Shown here: positions 20,393 to 30,494 of the stretch, piece by piece | Layout: every line of letters begins with the position of its first letter | Position numbering within the stretch: the first letter of the stretch is position 1 | Assembly: GCA_963803145.1 (NCBI GenBank) | Contig: CAWDLW010000008.1 | Coordinates: forward strand, 352,001 to 416,000 | Direction: 5' to 3' | From: Methanotrichaceae archaeon | Lineage (GTDB): Archaea; Halobacteriota; Methanosarcinia; Methanotrichales; Methanotrichaceae | DNA: 64,000 bases | The notes under the pieces: generated by a model | Databases searched by the model: none | Seen by the model: only the letters and a program-made list of their open reading frames with translations | What the model was told of the DNA's origin: nothing | Position numbers and translations under genes: made by a program

Positions 20393-21207
20393 CTACGGCA
20401 AGCAATCCGCATTCTCAAAGCTGATGGCAGAGTACAGGAACACGCACATGGCAAAGCAGGAAGATAGGCTTTGCTGGGTTCCAAAATTCCAAAAGACATC
20501 AAAACTCCAGAGTCCGCAGATACTGGATAAACTCGGCACTGACTTCTGCATGCTCAGCAAGGACGAGTGGTGCTGCGCCTCGGCTCTCGTGAGAACGGGC
20601 CAAAGAGACCTGATGAAGGAGTACGCAGTCCACAACATAGATGCAATCAAGGACAGAGGAGCCAAGACTGTGCTCTTCGCCTGCGCAGGATGCCTCAGAG
20701 CAGCAACTATCGATTGGCCACGCTGGTACGAAGGAAATATAACCTTCAAGACGATGCCCCTGTCTGAGTACCAACGCGAAAAGATCAAAAGCAACGAGGT
20801 AGAGTGGAAGAGGCTGCTCGATCTCACAGTGACATACCACGATCCATTCCACAACGGAAGGCATCTGATGCACATTAAGGGCAAAGACTTGGGCCTTCGA
20901 GGCTCCCCTTGATGTGCTGCAATCGATTCCAGGAGTCAAGTTCAAGAAGATGGCCAGGAACGGAGCTCTCCATAGATGCTGCGGAGCAGGCGGCGGCGTA
21001 AAGGCAGTAATTCCTGGCCTTGCGCGGGATTGCGCCAAGGCTCGCGTAGTGGATGTGGTCGAGCTGATGGCCCAGGCAATGGGTCTTGATACGACCATAC
21101 CCGAGAATCCATACAGCAAGTACCAGGAGCAGGATGTCATAACCTGCTCTGCTCCAGAGGCGGAAAAGGAAGCCATAAAGGAGGCTGTAGTTGCAGCAGC
21201 AAAATAG
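20393..21207 (+). pseudogene. hdrD: Internally deleted, frameshifted hdrD paralog
   Basis: Aligns with 23055-23980 but lacks the ferredoxin N-terminus, the YFAGC segment and the CPFC segment; DPCH changed to DPFH; frameshift near 20900. Confidence 0.85.
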
Positions 21208-21258
21208 AGGCAAGGATGCTGGGAGAACCGCTCCCTGCAACTTTTTCTTGGCCAGATC

Positions 21259-21297
21259 TTCGGAACTTTAGTTAGGAAGTTCCGAAAGCCTTATATT
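21259..21297 (+). promoter_or_regulatory. Palindromic operator overlapping BRE-TATA
   Basis: TTCGGAACTT-N8-AAGTTCCGAA perfect inverted repeat; right arm runs into CGAAAG-CC-TTATATT. Confidence 0.6.
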
Positions 21298-21384
21298 CGA
21301 TTATGACCGAACAGAGTTTCGTCTAACACCGACAAGGTTGGACGATCTAAGAAAGCACCAAATGCGTAAGATTTGGAGGACAAA

Positions 21385-21525
21385 TTGTTCCATTTCGAAG
21401 AGGATTTTACATTTCAGGATGCCATGAGCATCCCCGCGTACAGAGCATTCGGACTATGGGATCTTCCATCTGGCCCCGAACCTGGACCTGAGTTCCCGAA
21501 GAGAAGAAAGCCCTTAGTTCCTTAA
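21385..21525 (+). CDS. Putative 46-aa small ORF or gene remnant (not in ORF track)
   Basis: GGAGGA-CAAA-TTG; MFHFEEDFTFQDAMSIPAYRAFGLWDLPSGPEPGPEFPKRRKPLVP*. Confidence 0.45.
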   Translation: MFHFEEDFTFQDAMSIPAYRAFGLWDLPSGPEPGPEFPKRRKPLVP

Positions 21526-21913
21526 AGTAAAGTGATGTAAGTAAAGTGATGTGGTCTGGGCATGAAGCCGCCCAGATCAAAACCAAATTGAAAATAGAGT
21601 AATTGAAACTAACTTTTATAGCATCTCTATTTATTATAGCAACTCTATTCAACGGCATTCTACTTATAAATTAACGCTTATAGATTAAAGCTTATAGAAT
21701 ATAGGCGCAATCGTACAGCTATTATTACCACGATCAATAGCAAAGAACAGGGATGTCTTCCGGAAAGCTATTTTATTCGCCCAATTCTAAAGATCGTTTA
21801 ACCGCTCTGCGCTGGCGAGGGAATATTTAAGTATTAGTTATCAGGTAAGTTGGACAACAGATGTCAGCCGTATCGCCCCGATACAGAAATAAATATAACG
21901 AGGAGGAAAGGAG

Positions 21914-22666
21914 ATGGCGTTTTACACATTGGGCCTCACGTTCAACATTGTGATTGCTCTTACAGTTATTGTACTGGCTGTCTGGATATACGGTATATAT
22001 TTCAATATTAAAAAATGGGGCCTCGGATCGACTGGCTATCATGACCAACTACGTGATAGCTTCTGGCTGTTCATTGCCACCTGGATCCATGAGGCTTTTA
22101 AAGATGGTGTATGGGTATTCCTGAGAACTCTTGTTTTAGATGTCCTGCTTCTTCGAAGGACGCTGGCCAGAAGTCCAGTAAGATGGGTCATGCATTTGGC
22201 CATATTCTACGGCTTCTTAACGCTGGCTGCTCTCTCAGGCCTCGGACTTATGTTAGATATAATAGCGAATTTTAATATCCTTGGGCTCGCTGAGAACGCC
22301 GAGGTCGCAAAAGAGGCTCTGGGATTGCCTTTTGATCTATTCGGATATCTACTTCTTATAGGCGCAACAATCGCTGTATCCCGGAGGATATTGCTTAAGT
22401 TCGTCAGGGATAACACAACAGCCTACGATGCCTTCCTGATTGGCGCCGTATTCCTGATAACTATAACAGGATTCTATGCAGAGTGGATGCGTGGAAATTC
22501 GTTCCTTATGGGAAACGCTTTTGCATACCCAATATATGCGCCTCACTTCGCCCTGGTCCATACAATACTGGCGCTAGGTCTGTTCTGCTTCGCGCTGCCC
22601 TGGAGCAAGTACATACACGTAATAGCGACTCCCTTTACACTTCTAGCAAACAGAGGAGGAGAATAA
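21914..22666 (+). CDS. hdrE: Membrane-bound heterodisulfide reductase, cytochrome b subunit
   Basis: Multi-TM NarI-like protein: RWVMHLAIFYGF, ITGFYAE, LVH, SKYIHVI; directly upstream of hdrD. Confidence 0.88.
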   Translation: MAFYTLGLTFNIVIALTVIVLAVWIYGIYFNIKKWGLGSTGYHDQLRDSFWLFIATWIHEAFKDGVWVFLRTLVLDVLLLRRTLARSPVRWVMHLAIFYGFLTLAALSGLGLMLDIIANFNILGLAENAEVAKEALGLPFDLFGYLLLIGATIAVSRRILLKFVRDNTTAYDAFLIGAVFLITITGFYAEWMRGNSFLMGNAFAYPIYAPHFALVHTILALGLFCFALPWSKYIHVIATPFTLLANRGGE

Positions 22667-22667
22667 A

Positions 22668-24048
22668 ATGGCAGACGAAAAACCCAAGGATAATAATAAG
22701 CCCCTCATGACGGGATTCATGATGTCCACTCAGGTGCTGGAGCTGGATGGATGCAACCGATGCCAGGAGTGTATGAAGTGGTGCCCCACATTTGCTGTGA
22801 GGGAGGATCGGCCTGGTATAACTCCAATGTACAAAAATGCTAAGTGGAGAGAGCTGATGGCCAGAAGTCATGGTCTCCGTGCGAAGATCTTCGGGCCAAA
22901 GCCCCTCAATGAGGATGAGATGAAAACCTTCACTGAGGATGTTTACATGTGCACTACCTGCGGCGTGTGTGGAACCGTCTGTGAAGCGGGCATTAAAACA
23001 GTAGATCTATGGGAGGCAATGAGGCCCAATTTGGTGAAGCGCGGAAACGGACCTTATGGCAAGCAGTCGTTCTTCCCCAAGCTCGATCAAAGCAGATCGG
23101 AATCCCTATCAAGCCAAGCAAGAAGATAGCTTGTGCTGGGTTCCCAAAGACGCGAAGGTAAACGATTCCGGCGATATAATCTACTTTGCAGGATGCACAG
23201 CCGCCTACAGGCAGCAAGCATTGGGCGTCGCCACTGTTAGAGATATTGAACAAGCTGGGGGTGGAGTTCGGCATGCTTGGCAAGGATGAGTGGTGCTGTG
23301 CTTCTGCTATGGTGAGAACCGGCCAGAGGGAGGTCATGGCCGAGCATGCTGTGCATAACATCGATGCGCTCAAAGATGCCGGAGCAAAGAATGTGCTCTT
23401 CGCTTGCGCCGGTTGCCTCAGGAATGCTGCCCTCGATTGGCCACAATGGTACGAGGGTTACATTCCCTATGAGACTATGCCGCTCTCGGTTTTCCTGGAG
23501 GGAAGATAAGAAACGGCGAGGTTGAGTATAAGATACCTCTGAATTTCAAGTTCACATACCACGATCCCTGCCACAACGGCAGGCACCTGATGCATCTTAA
23601 GGGAAAGGACTGGGCCTTCGAGGCTTCTCGAGATGTGATCCAATCTATGCCTGGAGTGAAGTTCCAGGACATGGTCAGGAATAGAGCTTTGCAAAGGTGC
23701 TGCGGTGCAGGCGGCGGCGTAAAGGCTGGCCTACCTGACCTCGCATTGGACTGCGCCAAGGCTAGGGTTGTAGATGCAGAGGAGATCCAGGCAGATGTCA
23801 TAGCATCTACGTGTCCATTCTGCAGAAGAAACATCATGGATGGCAGGAATGCAGCACAGTCCAAGATAAAGATCTTGGATGTAGTTGAGATGATGGCAGC
23901 ATCCATGGGCTTGGACACAACCATACCTGAAAACCCCTACACAAAGTTCCAGGAGCAAGACGTGCTCGTTTGCACCCCAGCGGAATGCAAGGTGGAGACT
24001 GTTGAGCGCAAGGCGCCAGGGAAAGATCTTGTGGGCGAGGCCGAATGA
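22668..24048 (+). pseudogene. hdrD: Heterodisulfide reductase catalytic subunit with three frameshifts (real or consensus errors)
   Basis: CNRCQECMKWCP and CTTCGVCGTVC ferredoxin motifs, YFAGC, EWCC, CAGC, YHDPCH, CCGAGGG, CPFC spread over four ORF pieces; shifts near 23085, 23240 and 23500. Confidence 0.88.
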
Positions 24049-24090
24049 AGGATTCCATACTGTGGAATCCTTTCAATTTCTATTTTTCAG
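24048..24090 (+). terminator. Hairpin plus T-rich tract after hdrD
   Basis: AAGGATTCCA/TGGAATCCTT inverted repeat followed by TTTCTATTTTT. Confidence 0.55.
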
Positions 24091-24253
24091 CTTAATACTT
24101 CATCACTTATAATGGCCGCGAACAGTTTTTATGCTAAAGATCCTTAATTCAAATACGTGAAAGAAGATCCGAGGAGGGAGGATGCAGGCTTGAACAGGCA
24201 CCTGAAGACTTAAAATGGGCAAATGATGTAGCTGAAAGAGGGGGGCTATCAAA

Positions 24254-25438
24254 ATGACGGAGATACGAGATCCCATCCATGGGTATATAAAGCTAAATGG
24301 CCTGGCCTTCGATCTGATAAATACACCCCAGATGCAGAGGCTTCGCTGGATAAAACAGCTCGGTCTGGCCAATCTGGTCTACCCCGGAGCCAACCACACC
24401 AGGTTCGAGCATAGCCTCGGCGTCTACCACCTGGCAGGCACACTATCAGATCACCTCGGACTTAAAGAGGATGATAGAATTAAAGTCGAGGTGGCGGCTC
24501 TTCTGCATGATATCGGCCATGGGCCGCTATCTCATGCAACAGAAGCTGTACTTGAGCCCTATCTGCATCAAGGACATGAGGGCATCATCGATCTTCTGAG
24601 GCATGGTGATCTAAGGGATATTTTGGATGCCTACTGCCTACGGCCCTCAGAGGTGCAATCTCTAATAAAAGGTGCAAAGCTCGGACAGATTATAAACAGC
24701 GAAATCGATGTTGATAGGATGGATTACCTCATCAGGGATGCCCATTACACAGGCGTCGCTTACGGTGTCATTGATCACTTGAGGCTCATAGAGAAGATGA
24801 AGCTGCATCATGGCCGTCTTGCCGTAGAATCCGGCGGCATTCAGGCAGCGACATCTTTGCTCATCTCCAGACTGCTGATGCACCCTTCCGTCTACTATCA
24901 TCATGTTTCCAGGATATCGGAATGTATGATATCCAGCGGGATACGCAGGATGATCGAGGATGGCACAAAGGCTCAGGAGATAAAAGGCATGGATGATTCG
25001 GAGCTCTTCACCTCTATGGCCCAAGCAGGCAGCTATGCAGCAGAGATGGTTTCACTTATCAAATCTCGCAGGCTCTTCAAGCGTGCCGTCTATGTTGGTC
25101 TGGACAGTCTCGATCCCAACTTGCTTAAGGTAAGCGACCAGAGGATTGCCCAGGAGATAGCCGATGAAGCCGGTATCAGCCAGGATTACGTCCTTGTTGA
25201 TAACCCGCCACTTCCAGGATCAGGCGTTGGGGACTTCCCTGCTCTGATTGACCATGAGATAAAGCCCCTTCGTGATGTCTCGCCTTTAGTTGCCATCCTT
25301 GAGAGCGCTCATAAGGCTACGTGGCGCTTTGGAGTCTATGCTCGGAATAAGGATAGGGAAAAGGTAGCTGACGCGGCGAGGCGGTGCCTGAACCTAAAGA
25401 AGAATATAGTTCAGCATACCTTTGATGATATCGATTAA
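24254..25438 (+). CDS. HD-superfamily phosphohydrolase (SAMHD1/dNTPase-like)
   Basis: IRDPIHG, QRLR.IKQLG, HTRFEHSLG, LLHDIGHGPLSH, DVDRMDYL.RD. Confidence 0.9.
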   Translation: MTEIRDPIHGYIKLNGLAFDLINTPQMQRLRWIKQLGLANLVYPGANHTRFEHSLGVYHLAGTLSDHLGLKEDDRIKVEVAALLHDIGHGPLSHATEAVLEPYLHQGHEGIIDLLRHGDLRDILDAYCLRPSEVQSLIKGAKLGQIINSEIDVDRMDYLIRDAHYTGVAYGVIDHLRLIEKMKLHHGRLAVESGGIQAATSLLISRLLMHPSVYYHHVSRISECMISSGIRRMIEDGTKAQEIKGMDDSELFTSMAQAGSYAAEMVSLIKSRRLFKRAVYVGLDSLDPNLLKVSDQRIAQEIADEAGISQDYVLVDNPPLPGSGVGDFPALIDHEIKPLRDVSPLVAILESAHKATWRFGVYARNKDREKVADAARRCLNLKKNIVQHTFDDID

Positions 25439-25491
25439 TAAACCAACCGATAACGGTTAACTTTAAGTCCAATCAGAGCAGTCTTTTTCTA

Positions 25492-25944
25492 ATGGCGTTT
25501 TCTGGTTCTGGTGAAAGAGGCGCATTTGGCGACAAAAAGGTGCTGGTCAAGACAATTCAGACCTTGAATCAGCATATTCCAAGTAAGCGTTTGAACCTTG
25601 CCGAGCTTATGACTATGGATAAGCCCGGAGTCAAGGGAAAGGACAACACATTCTATATCATGGATAAAGCCGAGCTTGAACAGCTCTCCAAATCCTTGCC
25701 TAGATTTATGTGGAATCGATTAAAGCTGCCGATGCTCATAGAAATGTCCCCTGATTTTGGAGGCAGCGCTGCAAGGATACAGGGCGAGGCTGAGGTTGAG
25801 GCGACGAGCAAGATCCTGGGAAAATCGGAGCAAGATAGAAAGTTCATGATCATATATATGCCTGAAGTAAGGGAGCTTAGAAGAAAGCTTCCAACTACAA
25901 CGCAGTACGCTTTTCTCGCATCCCTAAGAGATAAAGAGGAGTGA
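25492..25944 (+). CDS. DUF61/UPF0216 family protein
   Basis: LNQHIP, LKLPMLI, ELRRKLPTTTQYAF. Confidence 0.75.
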   Translation: MAFSGSGERGAFGDKKVLVKTIQTLNQHIPSKRLNLAELMTMDKPGVKGKDNTFYIMDKAELEQLSKSLPRFMWNRLKLPMLIEMSPDFGGSAARIQGEAEVEATSKILGKSEQDRKFMIIYMPEVRELRRKLPTTTQYAFLASLRDKEE

Positions 25945-25988
25945 GACATTTAAATCTTCTTAAAACTAATAGTAGCATGGAGATAAAG

Positions 25989-26540
25989 ATGCCTGAGAAT
26001 ACTCTATCTGATGGCGCGAGGCAGTTCGATGAGAAGATGAGGCAGGGAGCCTATAAAGAGGCGGCGAAGATCAAATCCGATTATAGCCTGCCTTATGACA
26101 TGGTTCAGAAATCCGTGGAGGATGCCTATGATACGTGCATGTCTGCCGGAGACTATTCGATAGCGGCAGACATTGCAAAACAGTATAGCCTCCCTGCGAA
26201 CATGAGAAATGATGCTGCGATGAGATCCTTCAGCAGAAAGATTGACAGCGAGTTTTATAGAGCTGCCGCAGAGTACGCACGCGAGTTCGACCTGCCTGAG
26301 GAGATGGTTCGAGAGGCCGCAGTCCAAGCGTTCAATAAGAGCATGAGCTTTGGTCTTGTCAAGAATGCTGCTGAGATTGCTGATGAATTTGACCTGCCTG
26401 AAAAGATGAAGACTGAGGCTGCAACAAAATCGTTTGAGCAGCATATGAACGCGGGGCTTTACAGGAAGGCTTTGAAGATCGCCCTAAAATATAAGCTTCC
26501 ACCAGAGATGGTTCAGGAGGCAGAGAAGAAAGTATCTTAA
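25989..26540 (+). CDS. Alpha-helical repeat protein
   Basis: About five ~37-aa repeats (AAEIAxxFxLPxxMxxEAA). Confidence 0.7.
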   Translation: MPENTLSDGARQFDEKMRQGAYKEAAKIKSDYSLPYDMVQKSVEDAYDTCMSAGDYSIAADIAKQYSLPANMRNDAAMRSFSRKIDSEFYRAAAEYAREFDLPEEMVREAAVQAFNKSMSFGLVKNAAEIADEFDLPEKMKTEAATKSFEQHMNAGLYRKALKIALKYKLPPEMVQEAEKKVS

Positions 26541-26701
26541 TCACGGCCAACTTAGTGATCCGCTTCCTGGAACTGCATGGAGTGGCTAAGAATAGTGCTT
26601 CTCTCAGCCTTTTCCCTTTTGTATCTAGCATGCATTAGATAATTAGTCGAAAGAGGGAGTATAGATAAGAAGATATCTTGATCGCTGCCCATCTAGAGTA
26701 C

Positions 26702-28036
26702 ATGCCAAAAGTTGTGCTCACAATAGGTGGATCGGATTCCGGAGGCGGCGCAGGAATACAGGCTGACATAAAGACATTCTCCGCACTGGGGCTACACGGC
26801 ACCTCAGTTATAACTGCTGTCACGGCCCAGAACACGCTTGGAGTTCAAAGAGTCAATGGCCTGGAGCCTGATGCGGTATCCATACAGCTTAAGTCAGTTA
26901 CAGATGATTTTCACATTGATTTCGTGAAGACTGGGATGCTTTACTCCACTGAAATAGTAACAGCAGTTGCAGCGCATCTGGCCGAGACAAAGATCCCGCT
27001 TGTCCTTGATCCAGTGATCGAGGCCGAGGCAGGCGGCAGGCTGCTGCGCCCTGATGCGGTCAACGCCGTCATGGAGCAGCTGATACCTCTTGCTCGCGTT
27101 GTAACACCGAATATCTTCGAGGCTCAAGCACTCACAGGTATCCCTGTAAAAGATGCAGCCAGCGCAGAGATTGCAGCCCATAAGATCCTCGATCTCGGAG
27201 CTAACGCCGTGATGATAAAAGGAGGGCATCTGGACTGCACAGACTTCCTGCTTGAGAACATGGAATTATATCAAATACATGGAAAAAGGTCAAAGGGAGG
27301 TAACCATGGAGTTGGATGTACCTACTCTGCCGCTTTAACATCCTTTCTGGCAAACGGCTATCCTCTGAAGAGGGCTGCAATAGAAGCAAAAAACTTCGCC
27401 GCACAGGCAATTTCAAACAGCATGGATGTCGGGAGAGGCGTCGCACCTGTAAGCCAAATAGGAAATTTGCTGAATGAGGCATACAGATTTAGAGCATTAT
27501 CAGATGTCCAGATGGCCATCGAGCTGCTGGAAAAAGGCAGCATAGAGCATATCATGCCCAAAATGGGATCAAGTATTGGAATGGCCATTCCTGAGGCAAC
27601 CTCAACAGAAGACATAGCTGAGGGCAAGATTATCCAAGATGGCGGAGCAGGAGTTCATCAATCAGGATGCATCAGATTCGGAGTGGACGGCCCATTGAAG
27701 AAAATCATACTTACTGTCAGGAACTTTGACCCAAATGCGATGGCTGCAATTATCCTGGGCATAGATGCTGATGCCTATGGCGCCCTTGGTCTAGAACCGA
27801 TAAGGATTCCAGGGCAGCTAACGGCTAATGTTATGGCTACTAAGGATATTAATCCGCGCGCATTTAGCTCCGCTGTGGTTAAAGGTAATACTACAGATAC
27901 GGCTGCGATCTCGGAAATATGGGATGAATTGGGAGAGAAGCATTTATCGGTTCTTGTAGGTGCCAGCGCCACAGATGTGGCTGCAACTGTAGTTATGCTC
28001 GCAAAGCTTCTAGACCAAACTGACGGGAAGCTATAA
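26702..28036 (+). CDS. thiD: HMP/HMP-P kinase fused to a degenerate ThiN domain
   Basis: [37 protein letters not shown]; ThiN-like C-terminus. Confidence 0.88.
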   Translation: MPKVVLTIGGSDSGGGAGIQADIKTFSALGLHGTSVITAVTAQNTLGVQRVNGLEPDAVSIQLKSVTDDFHIDFVKTGMLYSTEIVTAVAAHLAETKIPLVLDPVIEAEAGGRLLRPDAVNAVMEQLIPLARVVTPNIFEAQALTGIPVKDAASAEIAAHKILDLGANAVMIKGGHLDCTDFLLENMELYQIHGKRSKGGNHGVGCTYSAALTSFLANGYPLKRAAIEAKNFAAQAISNSMDVGRGVAPVSQIGNLLNEAYRFRALSDVQMAIELLEKGSIEHIMPKMGSSIGMAIPEATSTEDIAEGKIIQDGGAGVHQSGCIRFGVDGPLKKIILTVRNFDPNAMAAIILGIDADAYGALGLEPIRIPGQLTANVMATKDINPRAFSSAVVKGNTTDTAAISEIWDELGEKHLSVLVGASATDVAATVVMLAKLLDQTDGKL

Positions 28037-28088
28037 ATCGAAGGTTGAAGGATGCTAGAATCTGATCGAGCTAGCTGGAGCATTGATT

Positions 28089-28313
28089 ATGGGAAGCGTA
28101 AAGCCTAGTTATATTAAGAATTTCGCAATGGATTTGTTGAAGGCTTATGAAGGTTCATTTAATCAGGACTTTGAGCAGAATAAGCTAAAGGTATCGGAAT
28201 ATACAGACATCAAGAACAAGGGCATTCGCAACCGAGTAGCCGGATATATAACTCGTGTTCTAAGGCAAAAGAGCGAGCGCAGAAGGGGCGAGGTCGAGGC
28301 GGATGTTATTTGA
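28089..28313 (+). CDS. rps17e: 30S ribosomal protein S17e
   Basis: MGSVKPSYIK...DFEQNK...IRNRVAGYITR. Confidence 0.95.
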   Translation: MGSVKPSYIKNFAMDLLKAYEGSFNQDFEQNKLKVSEYTDIKNKGIRNRVAGYITRVLRQKSERRRGEVEADVI

Positions 28314-29181
28314 AGGCGTATTTCCTGCCATAATTACGCCGTTTAAAGAGGATTATAGCCTTGATGAGGAGGGGTTAAGGAGAAATATAGAGTTCTTGGA
28401 GAAGTCCGGCATCGCTGGCATTGTACCTTGCGGCACGACTGGCGAATCTGCGACCCTAAGCTTTGAAGAGCACAAGAGGGTTGTGGATATTGCCGTTGAG
28501 TGCTCAAAGGTGCCTGTCATTGCAGGCACGGGCTCGAACAATACAGCTGAAGCACTAGAGCTAACTATGCATGCAGCCGATGCTGGAGCAGACGCGGCAT
28601 TATTGATAACTCCTTATTACAACAAGCCCAACGATCGTGGCATGTTCGAGCACTTCCGTCTCATAGCTGAGAAGTGCAATATTCCAATCATACTCTATAA
28701 TGTGCCCAAAAGAACCAGCATAGACCTAAAGCCTGATCTTGTTGCAAGGCTTTCTAAGGTTAAGAATATCGTCGGCATAAAAGAGGCCAGTGGAAGCCTC
28801 CCGCAGATATCACAGATAATAGAGCAGACAAAGGGGAGCAACTTCGCCGTCATTTCAGGTGATGATGACCTAATAGTGCCAATAATGGCTCTGGGGGGAA
28901 CTGGTGTGATCTCGGTCGTAGCCAATGTTGCTCCCAAGAAGACTGTTGCCTTGGTAAACGCAATGCTTCGAGGCGACCTTGCATCTGCTAGAATTGCCCA
29001 TTATGAGCTCGCACCTCTCGTGAGAGCCATGTTCCTTGAGACCAGTCCTATACCTCTAAAGACTGCATACAGGCATATGGGATTGGCGGCAGGCCCATTG
29101 AGGCTGCCCCTAGGAGCACTGGCACCTGACAAAGAAAACATCCTGAAGGATATAGTCGAGAGGCTGGGCGAGCATAGATGA
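28303..29181 (+). CDS. dapA: 4-hydroxy-tetrahydrodipicolinate synthase
   Basis: GTTGES, PYYNKP, LYNVPKRT, GIKEASG. Confidence 0.95.
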   Translation: MLFEGVFPAIITPFKEDYSLDEEGLRRNIEFLEKSGIAGIVPCGTTGESATLSFEEHKRVVDIAVECSKVPVIAGTGSNNTAEALELTMHAADAGADAALLITPYYNKPNDRGMFEHFRLIAEKCNIPIILYNVPKRTSIDLKPDLVARLSKVKNIVGIKEASGSLPQISQIIEQTKGSNFAVISGDDDLIVPIMALGGTGVISVVANVAPKKTVALVNAMLRGDLASARIAHYELAPLVRAMFLETSPIPLKTAYRHMGLAAGPLRLPLGALAPDKENILKDIVERLGEHR

Positions 29182-29945
29182 CGAGAGTAGCGGTCACAGG
29201 AGCCCTAGGGCGTATGGGCACTCAGGTAATTCAGGAGATGGCTAAGTCAGATGATATGGAGCTGGTGGCCGGGTTAGATGTGATTGGCATGGGCAGGAAT
29301 CTCCTCGGAGATGTTACAGTCTCTGATGCTGGTGCGCTCAAGGATGTTCTAGCGGCTACAAAACCTGATGTGCTCATAGACTTCACAACAGCCTCTGCCG
29401 CAGTAGAGAACGCTTGCACAGCAGCAGATATGGGAGTTGATCTTGTCGTCGGAACAACCGGACTCTCGCAGGATCAGATTTCACGCATAAGGCAGGCCAC
29501 TCTCGGAAAGGTCGCAGCCGTGATCTCTCCGAACTTCAGCGTTGGAGTAAATGTTTTCTGGAAGCTTATTGCGATCGCAGCCGAGTCGCTGAAGGATTAT
29601 GATGTTGAGGTTATTGAGGCCCATCACAACCAGAAGAAGGATGCCCCCAGCGGCACTGCACTGGCCGCGGTCGATATACTGAAGAAAGCTCTCAACGATA
29701 ACGATGTGATTTACGGCCGCAAAGGTATTATGCCGAGGGGAAAGGAGATCGGGGTTCATGCCGTTCGAGGAGGGGATATAGTGGGAGACCATACAGTTCT
29801 GTTTGCTGGTCCTGGAGAGCGAATTGAGATAAAACATCAGATGCACAGCAGAACTGCGCTTGCGAACGGAGCAATCAGGGCAGCGCGATGGGTTGTCAAG
29901 GCAGAGCCCGGCACCTACAACATGTCGAATGTTCTGGGATCATAA
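29178..29945 (+). CDS. dapB: 4-hydroxy-tetrahydrodipicolinate reductase
   Basis: GALGRMG, GTTG, NFSVGV, EAHHNQKKDAPSGTA. Confidence 0.95.
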   Translation: MTRVAVTGALGRMGTQVIQEMAKSDDMELVAGLDVIGMGRNLLGDVTVSDAGALKDVLAATKPDVLIDFTTASAAVENACTAADMGVDLVVGTTGLSQDQISRIRQATLGKVAAVISPNFSVGVNVFWKLIAIAAESLKDYDVEVIEAHHNQKKDAPSGTALAAVDILKKALNDNDVIYGRKGIMPRGKEIGVHAVRGGDIVGDHTVLFAGPGERIEIKHQMHSRTALANGAIRAARWVVKAEPGTYNMSNVLGS

Positions 29946-30386
29946 ATGGTGAATAGGCTCGAAAAGGAAAGCTATGCCCTTTTCACAAATGGGAGTAGGC
30001 TTGAGCCGATATCGCTAGATAAGAACATGGTAGGATTCTGCGCCAAGTGCGAGTCGGAGCTGGAGAGCCTGGCTTATCATAAGTCTGAGGATAGCTGGCT
30101 GGTATCAGCCGCTTGCAAAAACGAGCATCTTGTGCTCATGCGATATGATAATGAGTGGAAATGGCTCGATGATCAAATCCTTGAGATATCAGCTAAGATG
30201 CTTACAAAGCCCGGAGGAATATCAGCACTTCCAAGGGAGAAGCTGGAGGCAGTTTTTACTCCCGCTGAGATCAGGGATATGGTAGCCTATGAGCAAGGCA
30301 AGCCATATACCAGGCAGAACCTGTATCGAGCCAGGGCAAAATATGAAAAGTTTGAAAAGCTCTTCGGTCTGAAGATAAAGCTTTGA
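29946..30386 (+). CDS. Hypothetical protein, possible Zn ribbon plus helical C-terminus
   Basis: CAKC...CKNEH; abuts the dapB stop. Confidence 0.65.
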   Translation: MVNRLEKESYALFTNGSRLEPISLDKNMVGFCAKCESELESLAYHKSEDSWLVSAACKNEHLVLMRYDNEWKWLDDQILEISAKMLTKPGGISALPREKLEAVFTPAEIRDMVAYEQGKPYTRQNLYRARAKYEKFEKLFGLKIKL

Positions 30387-30494
30387 AAATAGGCAGGATG
30401 CAACCTTGCTATGGATAGAAATGCTGGTAGCATCCCACGTTGCCTATATCTTATCTTTTGGTTTTCCGCAGACAGGCCATATGTAGATTATTTG

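Noticed and set aside
21319-21345. Integron attC site (GTCTAAC...GTTGGAC)
   Set aside because: The boxes are only 9 nt apart, too short for attC; no integrase or array.
22668-24048. Programmed ribosomal frameshifting in hdrD
   Set aside because: Three shifts of mixed sign with no slippery heptamers; errors or decay are more plausible.
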